DNA from: Octopus bimaculoides
Lineage: Eukaryota
Length of the DNA stretch: 51,516 nt
Direction of reading: 5' to 3'
Assembly: GCF_001194135.2 (NCBI RefSeq)
Contig: NC_068983.1
Location: 56,521,284 to 56,572,799, forward strand
The position numbers and the translations under genes are program-made. Shown here piece by piece: positions 50,576-51,516 of the stretch. Position 1 is the first letter of the stretch. The number at the start of each line of letters is the position of its first letter. The notes below the pieces were generated by a model. That model searched no databases. It was not told the DNA's origin and saw only the letters and a program-made list of their open reading frames with translations.

Positions 50576-50910
50576 AAGACCCATGGCTCAGTGGTTAGAG
50601 CGTCGGGCCCACAATCATGAGGTTTTGAGTTCAATTCCCAGAGCGGGCTATGTGTTGTGTTCTTGAGCAAGAAATTTTATTTCACGTTGCTCCAGTTCAC
50701 TCAGCTGCAGACATGAGTTGCGACGTCATTGGTACCAAGCTGTATCGGCCCCTTTTGCCTGTGCCTTGTATAACATCGGTGGTGTGCAGAGGGGAGGCTG
50801 GTATGCATGGGCGACTGCTTGACCTTCCACAAACAACCTTGCTCAGACATGTCCTTCGGAGAAGAACTGATTAGGTGCAATCCCATGGTCATGAATGAAC
50901 AAAGAGGGTT
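50576..50910 (+). mobile_element. tRNA-derived SINE family D, near full length
   Basis: A-box 'tggctcagtggttag', B-box 'gagttcaattcc', central 'ttcttgagcaag..ttcacgttgctccagttcactcagctg'. Confidence 0.85.
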
Positions 50911-50928
50911 TTTACTCTTTGTTTAAAT

Positions 50929-51249
50929 CAGAGGTTCTCAAACATTTTGGGCTCCCCCCTCTTATGGCTACATAATACCCTCAGCGCCCCTACCCCTATT
51001 TTTATGTATAAATAGATATTTTATATTTTACTAATTTACGTATATTATGAATCCTTTGATATTTAATATTATATATAATTTGTCTACAATACTATAATGA
51101 TATAAATTCATAGCTTCCCTCAATCCACTGCCTTCCTCCCAACGCCTCCTTTTTCTCTATCACCACCACCGCACGCTTAGGCCCCAGCGTCAACCTGGCC
51201 CGTCTCAATGCCCACCAAGGGGCGGTAGCGGCGACTTTGAGAACCTATG
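50929..51249. mobile_element. hAT (Charlie-like) MITE
   Basis: 14-bp TIRs cagaggttctcaaa / tttgagaacctatg (1 mismatch). 8-bp flanks gtttaaat / atctaact (5/8 identical, central TA). Confidence 0.8.
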
Positions 51250-51324
51250 ATCTAACTGAAGATCTTCTATGATGGCATAGATATTGAGCAAAATACGCTG
51301 AAGTCATGGCGTTTGTGCTTTATT

Positions 51325-51470
51325 TTTAGAACCACATAGTACTGAGGTACGGGTTCAGTCCCATTGCGTGTACCGTGGGCAAGTGCCTTCTACTCTAACT
51401 TCAGGCCCACCGAAGCCTTGTGAGTGGGTATGATAGACGGAGACTGAAAGAAGCACTTTGTGTGTGTGTG
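51325..51470 (+). mobile_element. SINE family C 5' part; internal microsatellite reaches the window end
   Basis: 'gggttcagtcccattgcgtgtaccgtgggcaagtgccttctact...aagccttgtgagtgg...gactgaaagaagc'. Confidence 0.85.
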
Positions 51471-51472
51471 TG

Positions 51473-51516
<44 letters not shown>

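Overview
AT-rich, repeat-dense eukaryotic DNA from a gapped short-read assembly: 12 N-gaps, most abutting microsatellites. The tRNA-derived SINE families and heavy microsatellite load suggest an octopus or other coleoid genome (inference, not verified). I can support no host protein-coding gene; only scattered low-confidence exon-like segments occur, on both strands. The window is a transposon graveyard: at least four SINE families, fossils of RTE, R4/Dong, HERO and probably Penelope retroelements, a decayed mariner, a Tc1 fragment, mariner and hAT MITEs, a Helentron-type HINE and a probable non-autonomous Helitron. The standout is two diverged non-coding ~500-bp insertions (10384-10912 and 30619-31113). 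Each has a 7-bp target-site duplication and the same interlaced inverted-repeat layout A-B-A'-(long hairpin)-B', with a type I hammerhead ribozyme at the apex of the long hairpin. The hammerhead at 30906-30948 has a fully canonical core; the one at 10554-10598 is degenerate. These look like a foldback, ribozyme-carrying mobile element family (retrozyme- or Penelope-like) that I cannot assign to a named family.
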